A DNA stretch of 64,000 nucleotides, from assembly GCA_044228955.1 (NCBI GenBank), contig JBGATY010000002.1:10160-74159 (forward strand). The letters are read 5' to 3'. This document shows, piece after piece, positions 27,557-37,635 of the stretch; the first letter of the stretch is position 1, and each line of letters opens with the position of its first letter. The position numbers were made by a program, and so were the translations under genes. Origin of the DNA: Planctomycetota bacterium (GTDB taxonomy: Bacteria; Planctomycetota; UBA1135; GCA-002686595). Under the pieces are notes generated by a model that was not told the origin of the DNA, ran no database searches, and saw only the letters and a program-made list of their open reading frames with translations.

Positions 27557-27604
27557 TTGAGACGCATGCCAGGTGGGGGTATATTCATACATACCCCACC
27601 CAGG
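27557..27604 (+). promoter_or_regulatory. sigma70-like promoter overlapped by a CsoR-type inverted repeat
   Basis: -35 TTGAGA (27557-62), 17-nt spacer, -10 TATATT (27580-85). Inverted repeat GGGGTAT (27576-82) / ATACCCC (27591-97), extended as CCAGGTGGGGGTAT...ATACCCCACCCAGG. It lies 33 nt upstream of copZ. Confidence 0.6.
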
Positions 27605-27636
27605 TATGTGTCCATTCTCAACGGAAGGGCCCTGAA

Positions 27637-27882
27637 GTGAAAACCACGAACCTCGCGATCGAAGGCATGTCCTGCAGCCACTGCGTGCGGCAGGTTTCGA
27701 AGGCTCTCCAATCGATTCCCGGCGTGATCATCGAGTCCGTCGCCGTCGGCGGCGCTCGGATCCAAGTCGACGACGACGACCTGCTCGAGGCTGCCGTCGC
27801 GGCCATCGGGGAGGCTGGATACGAGGCCACTGTCGCTCCCGACCAGTCGACCGCCTCACGGCGTGGCGGCTGCTGCGGTTGA
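27637..27882 (+). CDS. copZ: HMA-domain copper chaperone CopZ with C-terminal GGCCG tail
   Basis: GTG start. GMSCSHC metal-binding loop and a ferredoxin-like fold length. Extra tail ...STASRRGGCCG. Confidence 0.88.
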   Translation: MKTTNLAIEGMSCSHCVRQVSKALQSIPGVIIESVAVGGARIQVDDDDLLEAAVAAIGEAGYEATVAPDQSTASRRGGCCG

Positions 27883-27901
27883 CGGAACACCCGAGGCACA
27901 C

Positions 27902-28270
27902 ATGTCCCGCAAAACCACCGCAAGCAAGAAGCCCGCTGCCAAGGCCAAGTCGCACGACCACCACGACCCCGGCGGCACTGCCCGCAAAGCCGCCGGCGTC
28001 GAGCCCGATCTCAAGGCGTCGAACCTGACTCGCCTGCGTCGAGCCGAAGGGCAGGTCCGCGGCATTTCCCGCATGGTCGAGGAGGATCGCTACTGCGCCG
28101 ACGTGATCACCCAGATTGCCGCAGCCCAGGAGTCGCTGCGGGCCGTTGCCAAGGCATTGCTCAAGAATCACCTCAAGCACTGCGCCACGGCAGCCCTGAA
28201 GCGTGGAGCCACCGATGCAGAAGAGATGTACGACGAGTTGCTCGACATGATGTCGAAGATGGCGCGGTGA
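27902..28270 (+). CDS. csoR: CsoR-family copper-sensing repressor
   Basis: RLRRAEGQVRGISRMVEEDRYCADVITQIAAAQESLRAVAKALLKNHLKHC carries the x-C-H-C ligand pattern. ATG at 27902 is preferred over 27863, which overlaps copZ. Confidence 0.88.
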   Translation: MSRKTTASKKPAAKAKSHDHHDPGGTARKAAGVEPDLKASNLTRLRRAEGQVRGISRMVEEDRYCADVITQIAAAQESLRAVAKALLKNHLKHCATAALKRGATDAEEMYDELLDMMSKMAR

Positions 28271-28273
28271 TCC

Positions 28274-30670
28274 ATGAACGCGGATGACGACTCGGTCCAT
28301 GAATCTCTCGAGCATGCGCCGCACGCCGCGAGGTCGGCGGTCGGCGAGCCCAAGAACGTCGAGAAGACCTCGCGCGTGGACTTGCCGCTGAAGGGCATGA
28401 CGTGCGCCGCGTGCGCGAGGACGATCGAGAAGGCCCTGTCCAAGTCGGCTGGCGTAGCCTCGGCCTCGGTGAACTTCGCCACGAAGACCGCGACGGTCAA
28501 CTACGACCCGGCTGCCACGCGCCCCGAAACGCTGGTCACGGTCGTCCAGGAGGCCGGTTACGACGCCGAGGCCCCGGCCATGCACCATGGCGCGAGCGCG
28601 CGGATCTCGGATCCTCAATCCGACGGGGATCACGCCGCGCACACGAGGGTGTCCGCGGACGAAGAGGCGGTGCTCGTGCTGAAACTCGTCGTCGGCACGA
28701 TCCTGGCGCTGCCCGTGCTCGTCATCGCCATGTCCCACGGGCGGATAGCGGCGTTCGAGCAACCGTGGATCAACTGGCTGCAACTCGGTCTCACGACCCC
28801 GGTCGTGTTCTGGTGCGGCTCGCAGTTCTTCCGTTCCGCCTGGAAGGGACTGAAGCACATGCGCGCGAACATGGACTCGCTCGTCGCGCTCGGCACTGGA
28901 ACAGCGTACGTCTACTCGCTCGCGGCGACGCTCACGCCCGGGTTCTTCGCCGCGGCGCGAGGCGCAAGCCTGGACGGCATGAGCATGGTTCCCGTCTACT
29001 ACGAGGCAGCGGCGGTCATCATCGTGCTGGTGCTGTTCGGCAAGCTCCTCGAGGCTCGTGCCACGAAGCGGACCGGGGCCGCGATTCGGCGGCTCCTCGA
29101 CCTGCAGCCCAAGACGGCGCGTGTGCTGCGCGCGGGAAGCGAGGCGGACATCCCCGTCGCGGACGTGGTCGTCGGCGACATCGTGATCGTCCGGCCCGGC
29201 GAGAGCATTTCCGTGGACGGCTCGATCGAACGCGGCGGATCGTCGATCGACGAATCGATGCTCACCGGGGAGAGCCTGCCCGTGGAGAAGAAACCCGGCG
29301 ATCCTGTCTATGGGGGAACGCTCAACACGACAGGCGCCTTCCAATTCAAGGCGACCAGGATCGGCGCGGACACGGCTCTGCAGCTGATCGTCCGCCTCGT
29401 GCAGGAAGCACAGGGGAGCAAGGCACCCATTGCGCGCCTCGCCGACACGATCAGCGGGTACTTCACGCCGGCGGTGCTGGCGATCGCACTCGTCGCCTTC
29501 GCGGTGTGGTTCCTCGTCGCGCCGCTCGAGTCGCGGACGAGCATGGCTCTCGTCGCGTTCGTGTCCGTACTGATCATCGCGTGCCCGTGCGCGCTCGGAC
29601 TCGCGACGCCGACCGCGATCATGGTCGGCACGGGACGCGGGGCGGAGCACGGGATCCTGATCAAGAGCGGCGTGGCGCTGGAAAAGGCCAACGAGCTCAC
29701 GGCGATCGTGCTCGACAAGACGGGCACCATTACGACGGGAAAACCGGTGTTGACGGACGTGCGCGCGCTGCCAGGCGTCGTGGAGTCCGAACTCGTGCGA
29801 CTGGCCGCGTCGGCGGAATCCCGCAGCGAACACCCGCTCGCTTTTGCGATCGTCGCGGGCGCGAGGGCGCGCGGCATGCAGCTCGCGGAGCCCGACTCGT
29901 TCCATGCCGTCGCCGGTCACGGGATCGAGGCCAGGATCGAGGGCCGCTCCGTTCTCGTCGGCAAGCGCGCGCTCCTTCGCGCCAACGGCATCGAATCGGC
30001 GGAACTCGACGCGCATGCCGCGGAACTCGCTGCAGGGGGCAAGACACCGATGTACGTGGCGCTTGGGGGGAAGGCGGCGGGTGTCGTCGCCGTTGCCGAC
30101 AGCATCAAGCCCGAGTCGAAGGAAGCCGTCGCGCGGATGAAGCAGCTCGGCCTGCGCGTGGCGATGATCACCGGCGACAACCAGCAGACCGCATCGGCCG
30201 TGGCGCAGGCGGTGGGGATCGAACCGCAGTTCGTGTTCGCCGAGGTCCTGCCGGAGGACAAGGTCGAGCACGTCAAGCGCCTCCAGCGCGAGGGCTTCGT
30301 GGTCGGGATGGTCGGCGACGGCATCAACGACGCGCCCGCCCTCGCCCAGGCCGACATCGGCCTAGCGATCGGCACGGGCACCGACGTCGCGATCGAAGCG
30401 GCGGACATCACGCTGTTGCGCGGCGACCTGCGCTCGGTCGCGAGCGCCGTCGCGCTTTCGCGCGCGACGATGAGGACCATCAGACAGAACCTGTTCTGGG
30501 CCTTCGCCTACAACGTGCTCGGCATCCCGATCGCCGCGGGAGTGCTGTACCCGTTCACGGGCTGGCTGCTCTCACCGATCATCGCCAGCGGGGCGATGGC
30601 GTTCTCGAGCGTGTCCGTCGTGGCGAACAGCCTTCGTCTGCGCTCGGTTCGGCTCGAGGGAATTCAGTAG
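28274..30670 (+). CDS. copA: copper-translocating P1B-type ATPase
   Basis: N-terminal [11 protein letters not shown] domain, CPC ([11 protein letters not shown]), DKTGTIT and GDGINDAP. Confidence 0.95.
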   Translation: MNADDDSVHESLEHAPHAARSAVGEPKNVEKTSRVDLPLKGMTCAACARTIEKALSKSAGVASASVNFATKTATVNYDPAATRPETLVTVVQEAGYDAEAPAMHHGASARISDPQSDGDHAAHTRVSADEEAVLVLKLVVGTILALPVLVIAMSHGRIAAFEQPWINWLQLGLTTPVVFWCGSQFFRSAWKGLKHMRANMDSLVALGTGTAYVYSLAATLTPGFFAAARGASLDGMSMVPVYYEAAAVIIVLVLFGKLLEARATKRTGAAIRRLLDLQPKTARVLRAGSEADIPVADVVVGDIVIVRPGESISVDGSIERGGSSIDESMLTGESLPVEKKPGDPVYGGTLNTTGAFQFKATRIGADTALQLIVRLVQEAQGSKAPIARLADTISGYFTPAVLAIALVAFAVWFLVAPLESRTSMALVAFVSVLIIACPCALGLATPTAIMVGTGRGAEHGILIKSGVALEKANELTAIVLDKTGTITTGKPVLTDVRALPGVVESELVRLAASAESRSEHPLAFAIVAGARARGMQLAEPDSFHAVAGHGIEARIEGRSVLVGKRALLRANGIESAELDAHAAELAAGGKTPMYVALGGKAAGVVAVADSIKPESKEAVARMKQLGLRVAMITGDNQQTASAVAQAVGIEPQFVFAEVLPEDKVEHVKRLQREGFVVGMVGDGINDAPALAQADIGLAIGTGTDVAIEAADITLLRGDLRSVASAVALSRATMRTIRQNLFWAFAYNVLGIPIAAGVLYPFTGWLLSPIIASGAMAFSSVSVVANSLRLRSVRLEGIQ

Positions 30671-30727
30671 TTCCAGCAATCGTCGTCCGGCGGCTACTCT
30701 CTCGCCCGCCCACGGCGGGCACGTCGC

Positions 30728-31426
30728 ATGTACCGCACACTCGACTCGGACAAGATCGTCGCGACGATCGCTACCCTGCACGCTCGCATCGTCGCGCGCT
30801 TTCCGGCGTCCGGCCTGGCGCGCGTGTGCGCGGAGCTCGAGCTCATCGCGCGCGCGAACACGGAGCGCGCGCGGAGGCTGGCGCTGCCGAACTGGCGTCT
30901 GCGCTTCGGCATCGGGGCGCTGCTCGTGTCCGGCGCCGTCCTGCTCTTGTTCGTGGCGCGCGCGATCGTGACGACCGAGGCCACGAAGGACCTGTTCGGC
31001 CGGCTGCAGGGAATCGAGGCCGTGTTCAACATCACCGTGCTCGTGGGCGCCGGCGTGCTGTTCCTCGTCACGATCGAAGGCCGAGCGAAGCGCACCCGCG
31101 CGCTGGCCGACATGCACGAGCTGCGTTCGATCGTGCATGTGATCGACATGCACCAGTTGACCAAGGACCCGACCGTGATTCCCGGTGATGTGCCGCTCAC
31201 GCCGGCCTCCCCGAGCCACGATCTCGGACCGTTCGAGCTCTCGCGTTACCTGGACTACTGTTCGGAGATGCTGTCCTTGACCGCCAAGGTCGCGGCGCTC
31301 TACGCGCAGAGTTCCTCGGATCCGATCGTGATCGACGCAGTCAATGATCTCGAGCGCCTGACGACGAACTTGCGGCAAGGCATCTGGCAGAAGATCACGC
31401 TGATCCGCGCAGAGCCCGCGGATTGA
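30728..31426 (+). CDS. conserved hypothetical membrane protein
   Basis: Two central TM helices (FGIGALLVSGAVLLLFVA and VFNITVLVGAGVLFLV). Good GC3 codon bias. No family named. Confidence 0.6.
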   Translation: MYRTLDSDKIVATIATLHARIVARFPASGLARVCAELELIARANTERARRLALPNWRLRFGIGALLVSGAVLLLFVARAIVTTEATKDLFGRLQGIEAVFNITVLVGAGVLFLVTIEGRAKRTRALADMHELRSIVHVIDMHQLTKDPTVIPGDVPLTPASPSHDLGPFELSRYLDYCSEMLSLTAKVAALYAQSSSDPIVIDAVNDLERLTTNLRQGIWQKITLIRAEPAD

Positions 31427-31707
31427 ACCGCAGTGCGGGCGAAGCCCGGTGTCAACGCTCGAGCGGAGGCAACTCGACGTCCTTGTTCTCAAGCTGGTCG
31501 ACGCCGCCGCCGATTTGAATCTGGGCGGTTTTGGCAGCGGGCTCCTGGCGCGGCGCCGCCGCGACGAGGCCGACGAATCCCAGACCGGCGCTGGCCGAAC
31601 GGATTCCGCGGGGAGGCCTGTGCAGCGATTCTCCGGCTGCAAGAAACCCCACCAGACCACGCCGTTTCGCGTGGCCAAGGCTGCGATGCGCGAACTGCCA
31701 TCCGCTT

Positions 31708-32595
31708 TCACCAGCGCTCGAACGTCGGATCGCGGAGCGGCGCCCAGATGCGCCCCTCGAGACGGTCCACGGCCGTGCGCATCCGACGGGTGAGTCGCGC
31801 GAAGTCCCGCCCAAACCGCTGCATGCAGGCAGCCGACACGGCCGCGTCGAAGGCGTCCTCCGATCCGCCGGCGAGATCGTGCATCTCCCGGGATTCTCCG
31901 GCGTGGCGCGCCTGCAGGTAGAGCGCGCGCGCGATCGCGCTGGACTTGTGAACGGGACCGGTGAGGTCGCGCGGATAGATCTCGACCACGAGCGGGAATC
32001 GCGGCGCGTCGAACGGCCAGATCGAGAAGCCCGCGTCCTGGAGATCGCGCAGGAAGGGCATACCACGCAGGGATCCAGTACCGACGCTTCCCGCACCGCC
32101 GATCTGGAAGATCGACTTCGGACCGATGCCGCTGACAGGCACGTGCTCGTTCTCGGTGACGCGCCACGGGCTCTGTCCCTCGACCGGCGAAGGACGTGGA
32201 ACGAACGGCTTGCCCCAGAACGGATGCGGACAGTGCTCGAGCCAGCCCTCGCCGTCGCGCGCGACGATATCCCACACCTCGCGCGCGGTCCTGGCTCCGA
32301 GTTCGTCGATGAACCAGCGCGGAAAAGAGAACGCGAAATCGAGTCCGACGACGAGGCTCGCGTCGCGCTCGGCGCGTTCGATCAGGTGACGGACGAGCTC
32401 GGCGCGATCGAAACCGCGCTCGATCCGCATGAGCCCTCCTTCCCGCGCCTCGGCCAGCCACAGGCGCGAACGCACGGCCGATACGGAGCCCGACCAGTCG
32501 ACCGCGATGCACGCCTCGACGCGCTGCTGTTGCCCGCGTCGGCGCAGGCTCGGCGCGGGCGGTACGGAAGGGCGAACTCCGCGATCAGCGTCCAC
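31708..32595 (-). CDS. DUF429-like predicted RNase-H-fold protein
   Basis: CIAVDWSGS near the N-terminus, VVGLDFAFSFP, and SEDAFDAAVSA near the C-terminus fit the DUF429 pattern. The family call is from memory and the start is uncertain. Confidence 0.45.
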   Translation of the reverse strand: MDADRGVRPSVPPAPSLRRRGQQQRVEACIAVDWSGSVSAVRSRLWLAEAREGGLMRIERGFDRAELVRHLIERAERDASLVVGLDFAFSFPRWFIDELGARTAREVWDIVARDGEGWLEHCPHPFWGKPFVPRPSPVEGQSPWRVTENEHVPVSGIGPKSIFQIGGAGSVGTGSLRGMPFLRDLQDAGFSIWPFDAPRFPLVVEIYPRDLTGPVHKSSAIARALYLQARHAGESREMHDLAGGSEDAFDAAVSAACMQRFGRDFARLTRRMRTAVDRLEGRIWAPLRDPTFERW

Positions 32596-32937
32596 CGCGG
32601 AATCCTAGCAGCAGCCGCCGTGCCGCGCGTGGCGCCGAGGCCGAAGTCGACGACCTACAAATTCTGCGTCTGCCGCCTGCGCGGCCGGCGGGGGACGACC
32701 GAGCGCCGCGCTGATCGATCGGCTGGGAACGACCGTGGTGCCGCACGACCGGATGCGGCCGCGACTCGGAGCCCGAGACGCTGTGCATCCATGCGGTCGC
32801 GGTCCGGTGCTACGCACTCGTGAGCGCATGGCATCCGCCCTTCACCGGAGGGCGGTAGTGGAGCGCACCCACGAGACTGACCGCGACGCAGCTTACGACC
32901 CCATTTCGGGCGCACGACCCCGACAGAAGACGAATTC

Positions 32938-33429
32938 ATGATTCACGAAGTTGCCGGCGACCTCCTTTTGAGCAGGGCGCAGGCGATCGCGCACGGCGTC
33001 GCCCCCAATGACCACTTCGACAATGGACTGGCGCTGGCGCTGCGGGAAAAGTGGCCCTCGCTGGCCAAGGACTTCCGGCACTACGCCCATCAGACGCATC
33101 CCAAGCCGGGCGAGCTCTGGTTCTGGGGCGGAGCGGGTGGAGTTCGCATCTTCAGCCTGCTCACGCAGGAGGGCCTGCACGAGAACGGCGCGAAGCCCGG
33201 TCGCGCGACGCTCGCCAACGTGAGTCATTGTCTGAAGCGCCTGCGGCACGAAGTCGAAACGGTCCAATTGAAGAGCCTCGCCATGCCGAAGCTGGCGACG
33301 GGCGTGGGGGGCTTGAACTGGGCGGACGTGCACCCGCTCGTCGTGAAGCACCTGGGCGATCTGCCCATCCCGGTCTACGTCTACACGACGTACTCGAAGG
33401 GTCAGCAGGCGAGCGAACCCGGCGTTTGA
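32938..33429 (+). CDS. macro domain (ADP-ribose binding/hydrolase) protein
   Basis: MIHEVAGDLLLSRAQAIAHGVAPND..NGLALALREKWP...SLAMPKLATGVGGLNW is typical of stand-alone macro domains. Confidence 0.6.
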   Translation: MIHEVAGDLLLSRAQAIAHGVAPNDHFDNGLALALREKWPSLAKDFRHYAHQTHPKPGELWFWGGAGGVRIFSLLTQEGLHENGAKPGRATLANVSHCLKRLRHEVETVQLKSLAMPKLATGVGGLNWADVHPLVVKHLGDLPIPVYVYTTYSKGQQASEPGV

Positions 33430-33613
33430 CGCGGGGAGGAGGTGTCCGGGCCGAATCGGACACCCTGAGCGCGCGACGGAGCACTCCGTCGAATTGCGTG
33501 CGTCCAAGAGACTCGGCCGAGCGAATGCCCCTTCGTCGAGATGCTCGGATGCGGCGGTCCGCTGTCTACATCCGCCAAGCCGTCCACTCACTTCCCGCAC
33601 GCGGATCGCCCTC

Positions 33614-33961
33614 ATGCTCAGTGCTTCCAACTTCGCCCAGCTCGTGATCGCCGTTTCGGTCCTCTACGTCTGGACCCTTCGCTTCGACAACATCGTGAAG
33701 GAGTTTCGGGAGTACCGGCTTTCCGACTCGTTCCGAAGCATGGTCGGTGCGGCGAAAATCGCGGCCTCGACGTTGCTGATCGTCGGGGTCTGGTACCCGG
33801 AGCTGGTGCTCGTTCCCGCGCTCGTCATGGCCGTGCTGATGGCGGGCGCGCAGGCCTCGCACCTCAAGGTCCGGCATCGCTTCGCGGCGTTCGTGCCCTC
33901 GGCGGTCCTGCTGCTCTTGTCCCTCTTCGTCGCGGGCGTGCACGCAGGATTGATCCGGTAG
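33614..33961 (+). CDS. DoxX-like small membrane protein
   Basis: ATG at 33614. 115 aa with four hydrophobic helices. Paralogous architecture to the next gene. Confidence 0.6.
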   Translation: MLSASNFAQLVIAVSVLYVWTLRFDNIVKEFREYRLSDSFRSMVGAAKIAASTLLIVGVWYPELVLVPALVMAVLMAGAQASHLKVRHRFAAFVPSAVLLLLSLFVAGVHAGLIR

Positions 33962-34309
33962 GTGGACCTGCGCACGGTTCTGGTCCTCGGCTCCAGCCTC
34001 TCGTTCCTCTTCTATGGCGTGTATTGCCTGACGTCGCAGGCGATGCAGGGAGAGTTCGAGCGCTACGGACTCGCGCACCTGCGGGTTCTGACCGGCTGGC
34101 TGGAGATCTGCGGCGGAACGGGATTGATCGTCGGCCTGTGGTGGCCGCTCGCGCTGCGATTCTCCGCGGCGGGACTGTCGCTCCTGATGCTGTTCGCGCT
34201 GGTGGCGCGGCTTCGGGTGCGCGATCCCGTGTGGCTGTGGCTGCCCGCGATCGCCCTGTTGTCGATCAACGCGCTCATCCTGGTGCGCTCGCTGCGTGAG
34301 CGCGGTTGA
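33962..34309 (+). CDS. DoxX-like small membrane protein
   Basis: GTG immediately after the preceding stop. 115 aa, four helices. GEFERYGL...LEICGGTGLIVGLWWP is typical of the DoxX-like family. Confidence 0.65.
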   Translation: MDLRTVLVLGSSLSFLFYGVYCLTSQAMQGEFERYGLAHLRVLTGWLEICGGTGLIVGLWWPLALRFSAAGLSLLMLFALVARLRVRDPVWLWLPAIALLSINALILVRSLRERG

Positions 34310-34520
34310 CTCCGGTCTGTCCAGATCCTGACGCGCCGTCCAGGCGTTGGAAGGCTGGGGGCACGAACGCGAACCTCGTGTGGGGGTGATGCGACCTGTG
34401 TCCGGCCCTGTCTGCGCACAGGTTCGAACCGGCGCGGCACTTTCGTCGTGCGAGCATGGTTGTTGCTCCACATCTCACGCGCCCGCGTGAAATCGTTCCG
34501 CGGCGCCAAGGACAAGGAAC

Positions 34521-37190
34521 ATGAAACCAGGGCTCTCTCTCATCGCAGGATTCTGCTTCGCTTCGCTGAGCGTCTGCGCCTCGGCACAGGTGCCGCAACT
34601 GACCCCGCCTGCCTGGCTGAGCGGTGACACCGTCATCGGTGCGGCCGCGGGCGAGCAGATCGCCCCCCGACTCGCGGCCGGCGGCAGCGGATTCCTCGCC
34701 GTCTGGTCCGACTCTCGATCGCTCCTCGCGGGCGGCGAGTCGACGACCGACTACGACGTTTACGCCATGCGCCTCGACGCGAACGGCTCGCCGATCGACG
34801 CGACTCCGATCCCCGTGGCGACGCGCTACGGCTACCAGCGCAATCCACAGGTCGCCTGGAACGGCGAGAACTGGCTCGTCGTGTTCGAATCACAGGACCC
34901 GGCCTTCAGCTACTACGCGGACTATCTGCGCGGCGTGCGCATCTCGCCCGCGGGCGCCGTGCTGGATCCGCAGTCGATCCTGATCCGATCCAGCACGAGT
35001 TCCAGTTCGATCTGGTCCATGTGCGCGAACGGATCGGAATGGATCGTCGCGGCCGAGGGCACGTCGGGTGGCGACAACGACCTCGTCGGCATCCGTGTAG
35101 CGGCAAACGGAACGCTCGTGAGCGCGATGCCGACCATCCTGCAGCCGGCCGAGTACTTCCTGCATTTCAACATCCGCGTCGTCGCGGCGCAGGGACAGGT
35201 GCTGGTCTCCTGGAGCGGCGTCAACAACCCCGTGGCGCGACGCTTCAGTTCGTCCCTCGCGCCGCTCGCACCCGTGTTCGACACGGCCACGACGAACATC
35301 GGCTCGAACGGCCTCTCGTACTACGCGGCCTGGTTCGACGCGACGTCCAACGTCGTCGGTTCTCCGCTCGCGCTCGACGGCACGCGGCAGTTCCCCGCCG
35401 GCGTGCCGATCATGTCCTCCTTCGGCGTGACGGCTCTGGCCGAGCCGAGTTGGGACGGGACGCAGTGGTGGGTGGCCGTGCAGCACGCGACGCAGGGCAT
35501 CCTCGCCGCGCGCATCGCCGCGAACGGCACGGTCGTCACGCAGGGCGGCAGCGGCGTGCAGGCGCTGTCGGGCAGCACGTTCGCCAGCGTGCGTGTGTGT
35601 GGCGGGACCGCCGGCGGGGCACAGTTCTCGTGGTCCTCGTTCGGAACTGGCTCGGCCGCCTCGAACGAAGTCCTGGGCAGGCACGCGACATCGACGTTTG
35701 CGCTCGGCGCGACGACGCTGGTGAGCACGTCGGTGACCGCGCAGTTGCGGCCGGCGATCTGCGCCGGACCGGACGGCTGGGCCGTCGTCTACGAGAGCGC
35801 TCTGGGATCGACGCGCCGCGTGCTCGTGCAGCGCTTCGACGTGCACGGCAATCAGGTCGGTGCCGAGCCGATCCAGGCCGGAACGACGCCCTCTGCGGGA
35901 GCGGGCATCGCCTGGAACGGCTCGCTCTACTGCATCGTGTGGAACGACGGCCTGAACGTGGTCGCGCGGCGCATGCTCGTCGACGGCACGTTCCTCGACG
36001 CCGATCCGATCACGGTCATGCCCGGCTCATCGGCGGACGTCGACGCGGTCGGTGACGTGTTCCTGATCGTCACGACCAGCACTACGAGCTTCTATCCGGA
36101 GTTCCGCTCGACTTTCGTGCGGCGTCTGAGCGGCACGAGCGGAGCGTTCCTCGACGCGGGTCCGCTCAACATCGGTGGTGGATTCTCGCAACTCGCGCGC
36201 GTGTCGACGGTCGATGGGCGCTGGCTCGTCACGTACCAGACCAACGATTCACACGACAGCCCGCAGGCGAGCATCGTCGCGCAGTTCGTGAATCCCGACG
36301 GAACGCTCGGCGTGGGCACGGGCGTCGGTTACCCCGGCGGCTCACCCGACGTGGCCGACGGCGACGGCGCCGCGCTCCTCGTGTGGCGCCACCTGAGCCC
36401 CTCGAACGCGAACAACGACGTCGTGTGTCGGCGCATGGCCTACGACGGTTCGCTCGGGCCCATCGTGACGATCAGCGCGGCTTTGGGCCGGCAGATGAAC
36501 CCCAAGGTCACGTGGGACGGCACGCAGTGGCTCGTGGCGTGGGAGGACCAGCGCAATCAAGTCACCTTCTACGACAAGCGCACCGATGCGTACGGCGCGC
36601 GCGTCTCGGCCGGCGGGACCGTCCTCGATCCGTCGAGCTTTGCCTGGCTCGACTCCGAGCAACCGGTCACGTGGCCTGTGCTGGCGACCTACGGCGCACG
36701 GACGATGTTCGTTGCGGCGCAAATGCGGCCCGAGTTGGGCCTCGGGGCCTATCGACTCGTCGTCGAACGCACCGTCGGCGATTGCGCCAGCCCCGCGCGC
36801 TTCTGCTCCGCGGGTCCGAACACGAGCGGTGCGGCAGCGCGCATCGATGCGACCGGCACTTCGAGCCTCTCGGCGAACAACCTCGTCCTGGCGGCGACGA
36901 ACCTGCCGGCCGGAACGTTCGGACTCTTCTTCCAGGGCAATCGCGCAGTGCAACCAGGCGGCGTGTTCGGCAACGGACTGCGTTGCATCGGGGGCACGCT
37001 GCAACGTCTCGGCGTGGTCCCGGCCACCGCTGGTGGCAGCGCGTCGATGGCGCAGGACTTCAACTCGGCCGGCTGGGCCGGCGTGAATGCGAACGACGTG
37101 CGCTACGTGCAGTTCTGGTTCCGCGACCCGCTCGCAGGCGGCGCAGGATTCGACTTGACCGACGCGCTCGAGCTCTCGTTCTGTCCGTGA
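34521..37190 (+). CDS. large secreted beta-rich repeat protein with shared C-terminal domain
   Basis: Signal peptide MKPGLSLIAGFCFASLSVCASAQ. Recurrent P.V(A/T)W(N/D)G..WLV(V/A)(F/W)E(S/D)(Q/R) ... YG(A/M)R(V/L)...G.(V/P)LD units. The C-terminal 129 aa are homologous to the 11170 and 45055 protein tails. Confidence 0.85.
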   Translation: MKPGLSLIAGFCFASLSVCASAQVPQLTPPAWLSGDTVIGAAAGEQIAPRLAAGGSGFLAVWSDSRSLLAGGESTTDYDVYAMRLDANGSPIDATPIPVATRYGYQRNPQVAWNGENWLVVFESQDPAFSYYADYLRGVRISPAGAVLDPQSILIRSSTSSSSIWSMCANGSEWIVAAEGTSGGDNDLVGIRVAANGTLVSAMPTILQPAEYFLHFNIRVVAAQGQVLVSWSGVNNPVARRFSSSLAPLAPVFDTATTNIGSNGLSYYAAWFDATSNVVGSPLALDGTRQFPAGVPIMSSFGVTALAEPSWDGTQWWVAVQHATQGILAARIAANGTVVTQGGSGVQALSGSTFASVRVCGGTAGGAQFSWSSFGTGSAASNEVLGRHATSTFALGATTLVSTSVTAQLRPAICAGPDGWAVVYESALGSTRRVLVQRFDVHGNQVGAEPIQAGTTPSAGAGIAWNGSLYCIVWNDGLNVVARRMLVDGTFLDADPITVMPGSSADVDAVGDVFLIVTTSTTSFYPEFRSTFVRRLSGTSGAFLDAGPLNIGGGFSQLARVSTVDGRWLVTYQTNDSHDSPQASIVAQFVNPDGTLGVGTGVGYPGGSPDVADGDGAALLVWRHLSPSNANNDVVCRRMAYDGSLGPIVTISAALGRQMNPKVTWDGTQWLVAWEDQRNQVTFYDKRTDAYGARVSAGGTVLDPSSFAWLDSEQPVTWPVLATYGARTMFVAAQMRPELGLGAYRLVVERTVGDCASPARFCSAGPNTSGAAARIDATGTSSLSANNLVLAATNLPAGTFGLFFQGNRAVQPGGVFGNGLRCIGGTLQRLGVVPATAGGSASMAQDFNSAGWAGVNANDVRYVQFWFRDPLAGGAGFDLTDALELSFCP

Positions 37191-37635
37191 GCATCTCGCG
37201 GTGAAACGAGCGACGGCGGGCGCCCTCGGCCGGGCGCTCGCTGTCCCGGCGCACGTTTCGTCGTCCGTGCCGGGGAAGGACACGTCGAGATCCACGCTTC
37301 GTCGCTTCCGACCCCCGCCCGGTCCGGTCAGCCTCAAGCTGCGAAAACCCGCGGATCCTCTAAGATCGTGCGCAGCCGGTGATCACCGCTGCGCTGGATC
37401 GTTTCAGGCTGGCCAAGTCGTCCCTCGCGCGGCAACTCCTCCTCTCGCAGGCCCTCCGCGTACCCGGGGACCGCCGACAACGGCACCCGGGTTTCCTGGC
37501 TCATGCTCGTGAGGAACTCACTACTCGCACGGCCGTCGCCTCAGTGCGCACCCAGGCACGTTCGAGCACCTCGACATGACGGCGAATGGAGCTCGCGGTG
37601 AGGAGGGTGCGGTCCACTATCCGTACATTGGAGGG

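Noticed and set aside
27728-30271. 847-aa minus-strand ORF opposite copA, and the 928-aa +2-frame ORF at 28402-31188
   Set aside because: copA on the plus strand has every P-type ATPase signature. The alternatives are Arg-rich shadows without motifs.
30572-32512. 646-aa minus-strand ORF spanning the copA end, the hypothetical membrane gene and the DUF429-like gene
   Set aside because: It crosses three better-supported genes in different frames or strands and has Arg/Gly/Pro-rich shadow composition.
34425-34450. GGTTCGAACC T-loop-like sequence in the 34309-34521 spacer, considered as a possible tRNA
   Set aside because: GTTCGAAC is just a palindrome here. The flanking bases cannot form a 5-bp T-stem or an acceptor stem.
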